The position numbers and the translations under genes were made by a program. DNA of 64,000 nucleotides, from the IMG/VR virus record IMGVR_UViG_3300010396_000037. One strand, written 5' to 3'. Shown piece by piece: positions 10,467 through 19,027 of the stretch. Under the pieces are notes generated by a model. It was not told the origin of the DNA. It did not search any database and was given only the letters and a program-made list of their open reading frames with translations. Each line of letters opens with the position of its first letter. The stretch's first letter is position 1. The DNA comes from a virus.

Positions 10467-12638
10467 ATGCCCATCAATCCTGAAGAAATTGGAAAAGCAG
10501 CCCAAGGAATAGAAAAAGCTGTCGCTGCTATAGAAAAGAGTGGCGGTATAGGTAAAGCTGCGGAATCAATTGCTTCCAAAGGTGAGCAAGCTGTACAGAG
10601 TGCTAGCAAGTCTGCCAGAACATATGCGCGTGACGCCAGAGGTAGATTTATCAGTGTAACCAAGGGAGCTCTCAAGACCAGCGCAACAGCATCAGCAGGA
10701 GCCGCTGTAGAAAATCTCATAACATCTCCTAAAAATTCTAGTGATGATTCAAATCAGGACTCCTCTCAACAACCAGGAGCTTCAAGGAACAAAGTTGTTC
10801 CAAATCCGGGAGCAATATCACCAGTTGGTAGGATTGATTTACCCCATATAGATTCTGCGGAAAACATAGCCAGCACTGTGGATGAGTCTGCTTTTACTGA
10901 TACAAGAGGATTAAAAGGATCTTCAGATAAAGGTTCAGAAAACATTTCCAACAGAAAACTCAACAAAATCATTAATTTGCTTGAGTCTATATTATCTGTG
11001 GAAAAACGCAACACAGCCATAATGGGAACAGGTTTCAGAAATGTAGAAAATGCTTTCTTCATGTCACAAAATGCGATAGCTAATAGAATGCAAGCACAAG
11101 ACATGGAGAACACCACTTCCGGGAAAGGAGGAGGTTTTCTAGGTTCTGTGATGTCTAATCCACGTGCTGCTGTGATGGGCAGTCTGAAAAGTCTAGGGGT
11201 TGCTGCTTTAGGAGCATTTGCCGCAGGTGCTGCAATTGATGTAATAAAAAATCATGGTGACAAGAAGGACACGGAAACGCGCCAAGCAGTATCAAAGACG
11301 CAAAAAGATATCATTTCAAACTACAAAGATGAATATGGTAAACGTTGGGCGCAAAAACTGGTAGGGGATGACTTCAGTCAGCAACAACGTGATAACGGAT
11401 TCTTAGAAGAATTAGCTAATGGTCAAGGACCAGCTGCTCTGTATCTGCCTATCAAAGAAGCATTCGACAAAGCATCCAAGAAAGATAAACAAGACATAAT
11501 AGATGCCATCGCTGCACTTTTAAAAGTGGCTCCAGAAAAAGTTGAAAAACAAATTGCTCATGAAAATATCAGAGCAGTACAAGTAGCAAAAGCTGCAGAA
11601 ACAGGCGTCATGAATGCAGCAATACACGCTGCCGCCAGTACGGTTGGAGGTGGAATAAAGTATGGAGGAAAGGCTGTGGGATGGCTATCAACCACGGCAG
11701 GCTCTGCGTTTGACTTCTTCGGCAATCATAATATAGGTTCTTTCTTGAAAAAAGAAGGAAGCACTATATCAAAGAATGCTACAGCCAAAGGTGATGAGTT
11801 ATCAAGAAACATCAATAGTGGAACAGAATACATCCCATCAACTGGCAAATTGAACGCTTTCTACAATCCCAATTCTTATAAAGCAGGTGAGATGTCATTT
11901 GATATCGGCACTGCAGCATTCATGCCTGGTGGTAAGATAAGAACAGCTTCTATGTTCGCCGCTGGTGGTCTTGACTTACTAGGTAATGATTCAAAATATT
12001 TCGGACAGAATACATTTCAGATGGACAAAAAGTCAGGACAACAAAAAAAACTGACGTCCGAAGAAGAAGCAAGAGCCAAGAAAGCTATTGCGTTCTTTCA
12101 AAGCAAAGGATGGTCTAAAGATCAAGCATCAGCCATCGTAGGAAATCTATTACAGGAAAGCAATTTAGATCCGAATGCTGTTAATCCAAAAAGCAAAGCA
12201 AGAGGAATAGCACAATGGCTTGGATCAAGAGTAAAGGACTTTGAAAAACAAGAACATACCCCACTGGAAGGTTCAGGAATTGAACAACAATTAGATTTCG
12301 TTAATTGGGAACTGAATCATAGTGAAAAGAAAGCTGGTGATGCTATTAAAGCAACATCTAACATTCAAGATGCAACAACAGCAGTTGCGAATAAGTATGA
12401 ACGCATGGGTGCTGATGAAAGCATGATGGATAGAAGAATATCATATGCCGAGGCAGTTTCAAAACAATTTGATGTTGACTCAATCAAACCACGAACGCAA
12501 ATGGCTTCAACTGCTGGACCATCTTCGCCAATTACAGTCAGTCAGGGCGCAACCAACATTAGTCGTAACACAACCATTCAATCAGCATCAGCCGCTGCGC
12601 CATCTTATCTACAGGACAGTGTAGCTTCATCTATTTGA
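10467..12638 (+). CDS. Tape-measure/gp29-like protein with C-terminal tail-lysozyme (Phage_lysozyme2-type) domain
   Basis: Ala/Gly/Ser-rich, RDARGRF motif; C-terminal GWS..QA.AIVGNL.QES.LDP.AVN...GIAQW...R, QLDF...EL. Confidence 0.8.
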   Translation: MPINPEEIGKAAQGIEKAVAAIEKSGGIGKAAESIASKGEQAVQSASKSARTYARDARGRFISVTKGALKTSATASAGAAVENLITSPKNSSDDSNQDSSQQPGASRNKVVPNPGAISPVGRIDLPHIDSAENIASTVDESAFTDTRGLKGSSDKGSENISNRKLNKIINLLESILSVEKRNTAIMGTGFRNVENAFFMSQNAIANRMQAQDMENTTSGKGGGFLGSVMSNPRAAVMGSLKSLGVAALGAFAAGAAIDVIKNHGDKKDTETRQAVSKTQKDIISNYKDEYGKRWAQKLVGDDFSQQQRDNGFLEELANGQGPAALYLPIKEAFDKASKKDKQDIIDAIAALLKVAPEKVEKQIAHENIRAVQVAKAAETGVMNAAIHAAASTVGGGIKYGGKAVGWLSTTAGSAFDFFGNHNIGSFLKKEGSTISKNATAKGDELSRNINSGTEYIPSTGKLNAFYNPNSYKAGEMSFDIGTAAFMPGGKIRTASMFAAGGLDLLGNDSKYFGQNTFQMDKKSGQQKKLTSEEEARAKKAIAFFQSKGWSKDQASAIVGNLLQESNLDPNAVNPKSKARGIAQWLGSRVKDFEKQEHTPLEGSGIEQQLDFVNWELNHSEKKAGDAIKATSNIQDATTAVANKYERMGADESMMDRRISYAEAVSKQFDVDSIKPRTQMASTAGPSSPITVSQGATNISRNTTIQSASAAAPSYLQDSVASSI

Positions 12639-12646
12639 GAACAATC

Positions 12647-13057
12647 ATGGCAGATCCTAACTTCCCTAATCTAGACAGTATCACTGATCCAGTCATCAGA
12701 GCCAAGCTGGCTTATCTGATGGAAAAGTCTCTGCTGCAACTGGAAGCACAAAGATGGCAGGCTAGACGTCTGATGGCATGGGTAGCTTTGGGTGGGATAA
12801 TGCTTTTCACAGGATGCATGTTATTCTTTGTGAAGTCATCCATAATGGCATCACTGGCTGACGTGGTGACTTGGTTCTATCTTTCCACAACAGCTATCAT
12901 TGGTGCTTACATAGGCTCTAGTGCGATGACTTACATTGCGGCAGTCAAAGCTAAGGTGTACCCTGCATCACTTCCTGCTGACTTAGCCATCAAAGATGCA
13001 AAGACCCCATTTGATGAGCTAGAAAACGAAATTATGCGGTCTAAGAAACCTAGCTGA
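12647..13057 (+). CDS. Two-TM membrane protein (holin candidate)
   Basis: RRLMAWVALGGIMLFTGCMLFFV and VVTWFYLSTTAIIGAYIG hydrophobic helices; end of a late operon. Confidence 0.55.
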   Translation: MADPNFPNLDSITDPVIRAKLAYLMEKSLLQLEAQRWQARRLMAWVALGGIMLFTGCMLFFVKSSIMASLADVVTWFYLSTTAIIGAYIGSSAMTYIAAVKAKVYPASLPADLAIKDAKTPFDELENEIMRSKKPS

Positions 13058-13490
13058 TTCCGTTCTGGAATTTCATAAAGTTTACAGCCGTGCTTATTTG
13101 AAATGTTCTGTTGTTGATGATCTTGATGATGCTGTCCAGCGCACCAACCTTTTCTATCTGATAAGCCAGTTTGGACTTCATCAAAATACAGTCATCATCA
13201 GACTCTAACACTTCATCTACTTGACTCTTGAGTGGAGTCGCCTTGAGCCAAGGCTTCCAACCTTCAGCATCAAGTTCTTGTTTATTCATCTCACCCAAAA
13301 CCCAAGCACGCTTCTTTGACTTCAACTGAGCAAAGTCATTCTGCAATTTCTGCAATAAAAGTTTCTGTTGTGAGTAGAGCCTGAGATATTTGGAATGCAA
13401 GACAGATATTTCAATCGCGCAGTTATCCAAATGGTTCTTGTCTATCTTGGCATCCTTATCCCACTCATCTAGGAGTTGGTCAAGTGTCAT
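13050..13490 (-). CDS. uvsY: Recombination mediator UvsY
   Basis: W.KD.KID...LD......LHSKYL; D.D......K; I..R.FQI..A..F.KFQ.G. Confidence 0.93.
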   Translation of the reverse strand: MTLDQLLDEWDKDAKIDKNHLDNCAIEISVLHSKYLRLYSQQKLLLQKLQNDFAQLKSKKRAWVLGEMNKQELDAEGWKPWLKATPLKSQVDEVLESDDDCILMKSKLAYQIEKVGALDSIIKIINNRTFQISTAVNFMKFQNGIS

Positions 13491-13564
13491 TCATCATCTC
13501 TGTCATCACACCAACATATACATATAAACAACAATATCATAAAGAGTGGTATCATCCAGTACAT
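13487..13564 (-). CDS. Small hydrophobic peptide (25 aa)
   Basis: MYWMIPLFMILLFICICWCDDRDDE; fills the gp3-uvsY gap with an ATGA overlap. Confidence 0.45.
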   Translation of the reverse strand: MYWMIPLFMILLFICICWCDDRDDE

Positions 13565-13565
13565 A

Positions 13566-14093
13566 TCAATAGTTCTTTTTTATCTGTTCTATTGTAAATT
13601 GGCGATACACAAAACTTGCGGTTGATTCAATATACGTGACGTCTGTGTCTGCAACATTGGCAGTAAACCCAGATAAAGACTTCGGCAGCACATCTACAAA
13701 GTTTGCCTGTAATATAGGTTGTTTATGATAATCATGTATGACCAAAGTCAAATCAGAATATAAATCCATGATCTTACCAGATGGTTCAATTGATGCTCTG
13801 TCAAGGAAGGACTTAGGAAATCCAATTCCATAAATCCATTTGTAGATTTCAAGCCAGTTTTGCATCATGGCATCTACTTTGAATTTAATTGACAGTTCCT
13901 CAAATTGAAGTTTGTCAGCTGGCAAAGGAACAGGTGTGAAAGGAGTTGAAAGTTGAGGATTGCTCATAAACAATCCAGGAATCTGAACACCCGTCACCAT
14001 GAAAGAGACAGATGGTAATTTCTGAATTGACAACTCAAAATGGAGAGCAGCAAGAAAGTCCGCTGCTGGTGAATTAATTATTGGTTGGTTCAT
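13566..14093 (-). CDS. gp3: Tail tube terminator/tail completion gp3
   Basis: F...I.KLP.VSF......IPG; F..L.I.F.VD..MQNWLEIYKW..G; SD.TL; F....P.SL; F.Y; late box ATAAATA at 14117-14123 (-). Confidence 0.88.
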   Translation of the reverse strand: MNQPIINSPAADFLAALHFELSIQKLPSVSFMVTGVQIPGLFMSNPQLSTPFTPVPLPADKLQFEELSIKFKVDAMMQNWLEIYKWIYGIGFPKSFLDRASIEPSGKIMDLYSDLTLVIHDYHKQPILQANFVDVLPKSLSGFTANVADTDVTYIESTASFVYRQFTIEQIKKNY

Positions 14094-14252
14094 GCCATGG
14101 TCCCTTGCTAACCTTATATTTATCTTGAACCATGCAGGAATTACCCATGAGCCACATGTACAGGGGACACAAGAAAAACGCACATCTATTGTTCATTACT
14201 TTGCTGACTGCGTCACCAGCCCAATATAATCCCCAGCAAACACAATATGCTA

Positions 14253-14852
14253 TCATACCAATCCCAAAGACCTTAGAAACACGAAATCCCGGACGACATC
14301 ATATGCAGGATGGTGTGCTTTGTTCTTTTCATTCAACTTCATGAGCAAAATTGTTCCTTCATCAGAAACTTTATCAGCATCCATGTATCCATTCTGTTTC
14401 TTTGAAGCCCCCAGAACATCAATGGCTGTTCTGATTTCTCTAATTGACCACCAATTCAATTTCAAATCAGCATTGCATGGAAACAAATTAGTCAGCCATT
14501 CCAGATCTTTAGAACCACGTTGCCAAATGAAAGCTGCGGAGTCTTCATAGAATCCCTTCTCCAGCAGAAACTTCTTGAATTTATCATGGCACTCTGTAAG
14601 AGAAATGGAATTGGTCTGATCCATTACAAGATCACGGACATCATTTGATTGTTGTGCCCAGAACTGCAACGTTCCTGCCTCTCTCACTGATCCTCTCATT
14701 TCCTGTTCTTCAATCCTAGGATGAAGAATGATCAGGTTCTTGAGATTGTCTTTCATAGATAGCTGGTCATCTGTTACCAACGCGGCGAACATTGGAACGA
14801 TGGCATTATCTTTGGTACCAAGTGTTTCACAGTCTATGATTAAATTTTTCAT
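14253..14852 (-). CDS. dexA: DexA-like 3'-5' exonuclease
   Basis: IIDCETLG, TLQFWAQQS, WQRG..D, REIRT, H...YDV..D. Confidence 0.8.
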   Translation of the reverse strand: MKNLIIDCETLGTKDNAIVPMFAALVTDDQLSMKDNLKNLIILHPRIEEQEMRGSVREAGTLQFWAQQSNDVRDLVMDQTNSISLTECHDKFKKFLLEKGFYEDSAAFIWQRGSKDLEWLTNLFPCNADLKLNWWSIREIRTAIDVLGASKKQNGYMDADKVSDEGTILLMKLNEKNKAHHPAYDVVRDFVFLRSLGLV

Positions 14853-14858
14853 TCGGTA

Positions 14859-14883
14859 ATTCTAAGTGCAATTTGTTCAAAAA
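14859..14883 (-). promoter_or_regulatory. TTTTTGAA-N11-TAGAAT promoter-like motif, 6 nt before the dexA ATG
   Basis: Same architecture as sites before uvsW, gp47, 26069 and 39490. Confidence 0.6.
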
Positions 14884-15034
14884 AACCGAGCCATAAAATT
14901 AAGTCAGTGGACCCATGAAAATATCTGATTTTCCTGCTTTTTGCGCTAACATAATCAACTACTTCTAGACGCGACATTTCCTGTACATACAAACCTGTGG
15001 ACAGAAGCTTAAAGTGCTTAAATTTGACGTCTCT

Positions 15035-15361
15035 TCAGATCAGCACATGAAAACCATTTCTGATGTGTCCATAATTATCTTTCATCTTCTTTCTTTCCAA
15101 AAATCCTTTGTTAGTTAAAGACCTAATTGCGTCATACACTCTCTCAACAGGTATGTTGCACTTTTCAGACAGAGTGTTAGCACTCAACCAACATCTACTT
15201 TCATCCCCAAATTCATAGGCACGAATCATCAAATAGACTGAAATCTCGTTGAACCCAAGTTTCTTTTGCACTATCAAGGGACAAAGCTGATCACTGTAGA
15301 TTTTTGCGTAAGGGTTCGTCACGTAAAGACCTCTGAAAATGCATGATTGTATTCTACTCAT
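15035..15361 (-). CDS. Winged helix-turn-helix protein (replication-initiator/HTH_36-like)
   Basis: LGFNEISVYLMI....CWLSANTLSEKCNI....VYDAIRSL..KGFLER; start uncertain (15361 or 15397). Confidence 0.7.
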   Translation of the reverse strand: MSRIQSCIFRGLYVTNPYAKIYSDQLCPLIVQKKLGFNEISVYLMIRAYEFGDESRCWLSANTLSEKCNIPVERVYDAIRSLTNKGFLERKKMKDNYGHIRNGFHVLI

Positions 15362-15372
15362 GGCTCGTACAA

Positions 15373-15441
15373 ATATTGGTTTAAAGCAGGATGGCATATT
15401 GGTTTAAAGCAGGATGGCATCCCGGTTTAAAGCAACGTGGA
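15373..15441. repeat. Three tandem 23-bp repeats (two perfect, one degenerate)
   Basis: ATATTGGTTTAAAGCAGGATGGC x2 (15373-15418) then ATCCCGGTTTAAAGCAACGTGGA. Confidence 0.95.
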
Positions 15442-15606
15442 AATCAGTGATTTTTGATGAAATTGTTCTTCATGAACAACACCTTACATGTGATTTTAAT
15501 TTACCCTAACAGCTTATTGAACAACTAATTGAACAGAGTATTATAAGAATTATTAAATTTCTTCAAGAATCGGGACTTTGGCAAGAGAACGGAAAACTTC
15601 GGAATA

Positions 15607-15632
15607 TTTTTTGAATTTCAATCAGTTAATAT
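15607..15632 (+). promoter_or_regulatory. TTTTTGAA-N11-TAATAT promoter-like motif, 6 nt before the uvsW ATG
   Basis: Motif recurrence; no SD before uvsW. Confidence 0.6.
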
Positions 15633-15638
15633 AGCTGC

Positions 15639-17156
15639 ATGAGAGAAATAACAATTGTTCCTGTTTATCTAGAATCAGGGAAACAATCTTATGTTCACAT
15701 GAGGATCCTTTCAGATGATGAAGGAGTCTTTAGAGAAGTTTTAGAACACTTTACATTTGAAATTGAAAATGCACAATTTCATCCATTGGTTAAGGCTAAG
15801 CGCTGGGATGGCAAAATCAGATTGATGAAACCCAATGGTATTCTTTATAGAGGTCTTAAAGAAGAAATACAACATCTATGTAAAGAAAGAGATATCAATA
15901 TCATTGATGGATTGAAAGAACCTAAAATCATTCCTGATACAGAAAGAGTGAAGGATATTCTTTCAGAACTCAAAAAGAGTTTTCCTCATAATCTTTATCC
16001 TCACCAACTTCAGGCTTGGTATCAAGCAATCACAAAGAAAAGATACACATTGATATCACCAACATCATCAGGAAAGAGTCTAATTATCTATTTGATTTAT
16101 AAATATTTCAATCAAAGAACCCTTCTAATTGTTCCTAAGATCAACCTCGTGTCTCAAATGAAGGGAGACTTTCTTTCATATGGTTGTAAAGAATCTGAAA
16201 TTCAAATCTTGATGGCAGGAGAGTCTAAAGAACTCCGTCCTGAAACAAAGATTCTGATTTCAACTTGGCAATCACTCGCAACTCTTGATAAAGAATTCCT
16301 TCAGAACTTTTCAGTCTTGGTTTGTGATGAGGTGCATCATGCAGCTGCTAAGACTCTAACCAAACTCGCTGAATACATGCCAAATGCTGACATCAGGATT
16401 GGTACAACAGGTTCTTTAGATAGCATCAAGTCTAATCAGATGACAATTCAAGGATTGTTCGGACCCATTCGTCAATTCATTAAGACTCGGGAATTAATGG
16501 ATAAGGGCATGGTCAGTGATTTGATTGTTCATATGGTGTTTTTGAGTTACACTCAAGATGAGCGAAAGAGATTAATGAATGATTGTAAACAGTTGAGAAC
16601 GCTACCAGATTACAAAAAAGGTGATACTTACAGATATGAGATGGAATGGTTGATTGAACATCAAGCTCGTCGTAATCTCATCCAAGATTTTGTCATGGAT
16701 CTGAAGGGTAACACGATGGTTTTGTTTCATCGTGTTGAAAAAGATGGACTTAGAATGTTTGAAGAAGTCAAAGCAAAGTTCCCTGATCGAAGAGTGTTCT
16801 TGGTCTATGGTGCAACTTCTGTAGATGCCAGAGAAGAAATTAGAAGCATTCTTGAGAAAGAAACAGGCGCGGTTGTAATTGCTTCTACCAAAGTGTTCAG
16901 TGAAGGTGTGAGCATTAAGAATCTTCATAATGCTATTGTGATTGCTCCAACTAAATCTATTATTACTGTTCTTCAGTCTATTGGAAGAATTTTGCGTTTG
17001 AATGAAGGTAAGATAAACGCTCATTGGTTTGATATTGTTGATGATTTAAGAGTTGGTAAACATAAGAACTATGCGTTCCGTCATGCAGAGGAACGTTACA
17101 AGATTTATAAAAGTGAACAACATGTAATAAAAGTTGAGGAATGTCCAGTTAGATGA
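15639..17156 (+). CDS. uvsW: UvsW SF2 DNA/RNA helicase
   Basis: WDGKIRL, SPTSSGKS, DEVH, GTTGS, FSEGVSIKNLHN, LQSIGR.LR. Confidence 0.96.
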   Translation: MREITIVPVYLESGKQSYVHMRILSDDEGVFREVLEHFTFEIENAQFHPLVKAKRWDGKIRLMKPNGILYRGLKEEIQHLCKERDINIIDGLKEPKIIPDTERVKDILSELKKSFPHNLYPHQLQAWYQAITKKRYTLISPTSSGKSLIIYLIYKYFNQRTLLIVPKINLVSQMKGDFLSYGCKESEIQILMAGESKELRPETKILISTWQSLATLDKEFLQNFSVLVCDEVHHAAAKTLTKLAEYMPNADIRIGTTGSLDSIKSNQMTIQGLFGPIRQFIKTRELMDKGMVSDLIVHMVFLSYTQDERKRLMNDCKQLRTLPDYKKGDTYRYEMEWLIEHQARRNLIQDFVMDLKGNTMVLFHRVEKDGLRMFEEVKAKFPDRRVFLVYGATSVDAREEIRSILEKETGAVVIASTKVFSEGVSIKNLHNAIVIAPTKSIITVLQSIGRILRLNEGKINAHWFDIVDDLRVGKHKNYAFRHAEERYKIYKSEQHVIKVEECPVR

Positions 17157-17722
17157 CTTATAAGAAAAATAGTTTTGTGAAGGGAAAATCAGGGAAACCT
17201 AAGTCTTCCGTATATTATGTAGATAACCAAAAATTTTATGAAGCATGTTTAGAACATTACAACAGAGTTCAGGCAGCCAAAGAACATAGCAAACCAAATC
17301 CTCAGATATCCAATTACATCGGCGAGTGTTTAATGAAGATAGCTGAGAAGATGACCGAGAGTAGCCACTTCAGAGGATATGATTTCAAGGAAGACATGAT
17401 AGGCGACGCGATTGAAAATTGCATCATGTACTTCAACAATTTTGACCCCATCAAATATAAGAACCCATTTTCATATTTCAGTCAGATATGTTACTTTGCT
17501 TTTCTTAGAAGGATTGGCAAAGAACGTGATAGAATCTACAATCAATACAAGCTTTCAAAGAATGCCAGATTTGTAAATAATGATTCCATTCACAACATCT
17601 ATGATGAAGAGACAGATCAATTCATTCCTTATGAAGTTGAAGACACAGTAGCAATGCAGACGTTTGTTGAAAAATATGAAACTGCTGCAAAGAAGCGCAA
17701 GGAAAAGAAAGATGAAGTTTAG
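17153..17722 (+). CDS. gp55: Late transcription sigma factor gp55
   Basis: YVDN..F, YIGEC.MKIA.., F.GY...EDMI.D.IENC..Y..NFDP...NPF.YF.QI...AFLRRI.KE. Confidence 0.96.
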   Translation: MTYKKNSFVKGKSGKPKSSVYYVDNQKFYEACLEHYNRVQAAKEHSKPNPQISNYIGECLMKIAEKMTESSHFRGYDFKEDMIGDAIENCIMYFNNFDPIKYKNPFSYFSQICYFAFLRRIGKERDRIYNQYKLSKNARFVNNDSIHNIYDEETDQFIPYEVEDTVAMQTFVEKYETAAKKRKEKKDEV

Positions 17723-17969
17723 AAAACGACCTCTTGAAGTTGAAGCAATTCAACTTACTAAAGAAAATAGGGATGAATTTTTGGAGTGGTTAGAAACTCA
17801 CAAATGTCCATCTACATGGTATGTTGCTCAACAAGAGTTAGGCATTTACACTCTGGAAGGAACATTGACTGTTTCTGATGGTGATTGGGTGATCAAGGGC
17901 ATTAAAGGAGAATTCTATCCTTGCAAGCCAGACGTATTTGAAGAGACTTACGATAAGATTGAAGAATGA
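17712..17969 (+). CDS. Conserved phage hypothetical protein
   Basis: MKFRKRP.EVEAIQ...TLEG.....GDWVIKG.KGEFYPCKPDVF..TY. Confidence 0.75.
   Translation: MKFRKRPLEVEAIQLTKENRDEFLEWLETHKCPSTWYVAQQELGIYTLEGTLTVSDGDWVIKGIKGEFYPCKPDVFEETYDKIEE
17937..17959 (+). promoter_or_regulatory. TTTGAA-N11-TAAGAT promoter-like motif, 6 nt before the gp47 ATG
   Basis: Same spacing as the uvsW and dexA sites. Confidence 0.55.
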
Positions 17970-19027
17970 AAATTGCTATCATAACAGACTTGCACTTTGG
18001 TGCAAGAAACGATAATCCAGCTATACTGTTTCATCAGAAGAAATTCTTTACGAATCAGTTCATTCCTTTTGTTGCAGATAAAAGCAACGAAATTAGGGCT
18101 GTCTTTTGTCTGGGCGATACATTTGATAGACGCAAACAGAGTAACCATCTGTCAGTTTATGAAGCCAAGCAGGTATTGTTTGATGCCATACATAGGTTGA
18201 GTTTGCCTTTCTATGTCATCGTTGGTAATCATGATGCTTATTTCAAGAACACTAATGAAGTCAACACTCCAAGAATAGTCCTTCGTGACTACTCGAATCT
18301 GGCAGTGATTGATCAACCATCAGAAATTGTTTTGGATGGTAAGACATTTTGCATGCTTCCATGGATATGTCCTGATAATTGGACCAAGACCAAGGAGTTA
18401 CTAAAGTCAACGAAAGCCAAAATCTGTTGCGCGCACCTACAACTCCAAGGGTTTGAAATGCACCAAGGATCTCCTGTCTCCGAAGGCATGCCCGTATCAC
18501 TCTTTGAACAGTTCGACAAAGTGTTGACAGGACACTTTCATCATCGCTCTACCAAAGACAACATCTACTATCTCGGCACACCTTATGAAATGACTTGGGC
18601 TGATTATAATGATCCAAGAGGATTTCATGTACTTGACACAGACACCATGGAGTTGGAGTTTCATGAGAATCATAATCATTTATTCAAAGTAATTGAGTAT
18701 GATGATTCAAATCTTGTTATGGGCGATTATACTTGTAAAGATCAATACGTGAAAATCAAAGTAGTGCGCAAAAACAATCCAGCTTTGTTTGAAGAGTTTT
18801 TAGAAAGTGTAGAAGGGACTGCGCCTGTTGAATGTAAAGTTCTAGAGGAATACAAAGAAGTCAATATGGGTGATATTCAAGAATTAGAAGCAGGTGAAGA
18901 CACTTTGACCTTCTTGTTAGATACTATGAAGACTTATGCTGAATTTTCATCTGAAGAGGTTTTGTTGAGAGCTCAAGTTAAACTAAAGGAACTGTATCAA
19001 CAAGCGCACGACATGGTTGAAGATTAA
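17966..19027 (+). CDS. gp47: Recombination endonuclease subunit gp47 (Mre11-like)
   Basis: TDLHFG, LGDTFDRR, GNHD, GHFH. Confidence 0.96.
   Translation: MKIAIITDLHFGARNDNPAILFHQKKFFTNQFIPFVADKSNEIRAVFCLGDTFDRRKQSNHLSVYEAKQVLFDAIHRLSLPFYVIVGNHDAYFKNTNEVNTPRIVLRDYSNLAVIDQPSEIVLDGKTFCMLPWICPDNWTKTKELLKSTKAKICCAHLQLQGFEMHQGSPVSEGMPVSLFEQFDKVLTGHFHHRSTKDNIYYLGTPYEMTWADYNDPRGFHVLDTDTMELEFHENHNHLFKVIEYDDSNLVMGDYTCKDQYVKIKVVRKNNPALFEEFLESVEGTAPVECKVLEEYKEVNMGDIQELEAGEDTLTFLLDTMKTYAEFSSEEVLLRAQVKLKELYQQAHDMVED

Noticed and set aside
15373-15441. Tandem repeats as a mini-CRISPR array
   Set aside because: Repeats are directly adjacent with no unique spacers, and there are no cas genes
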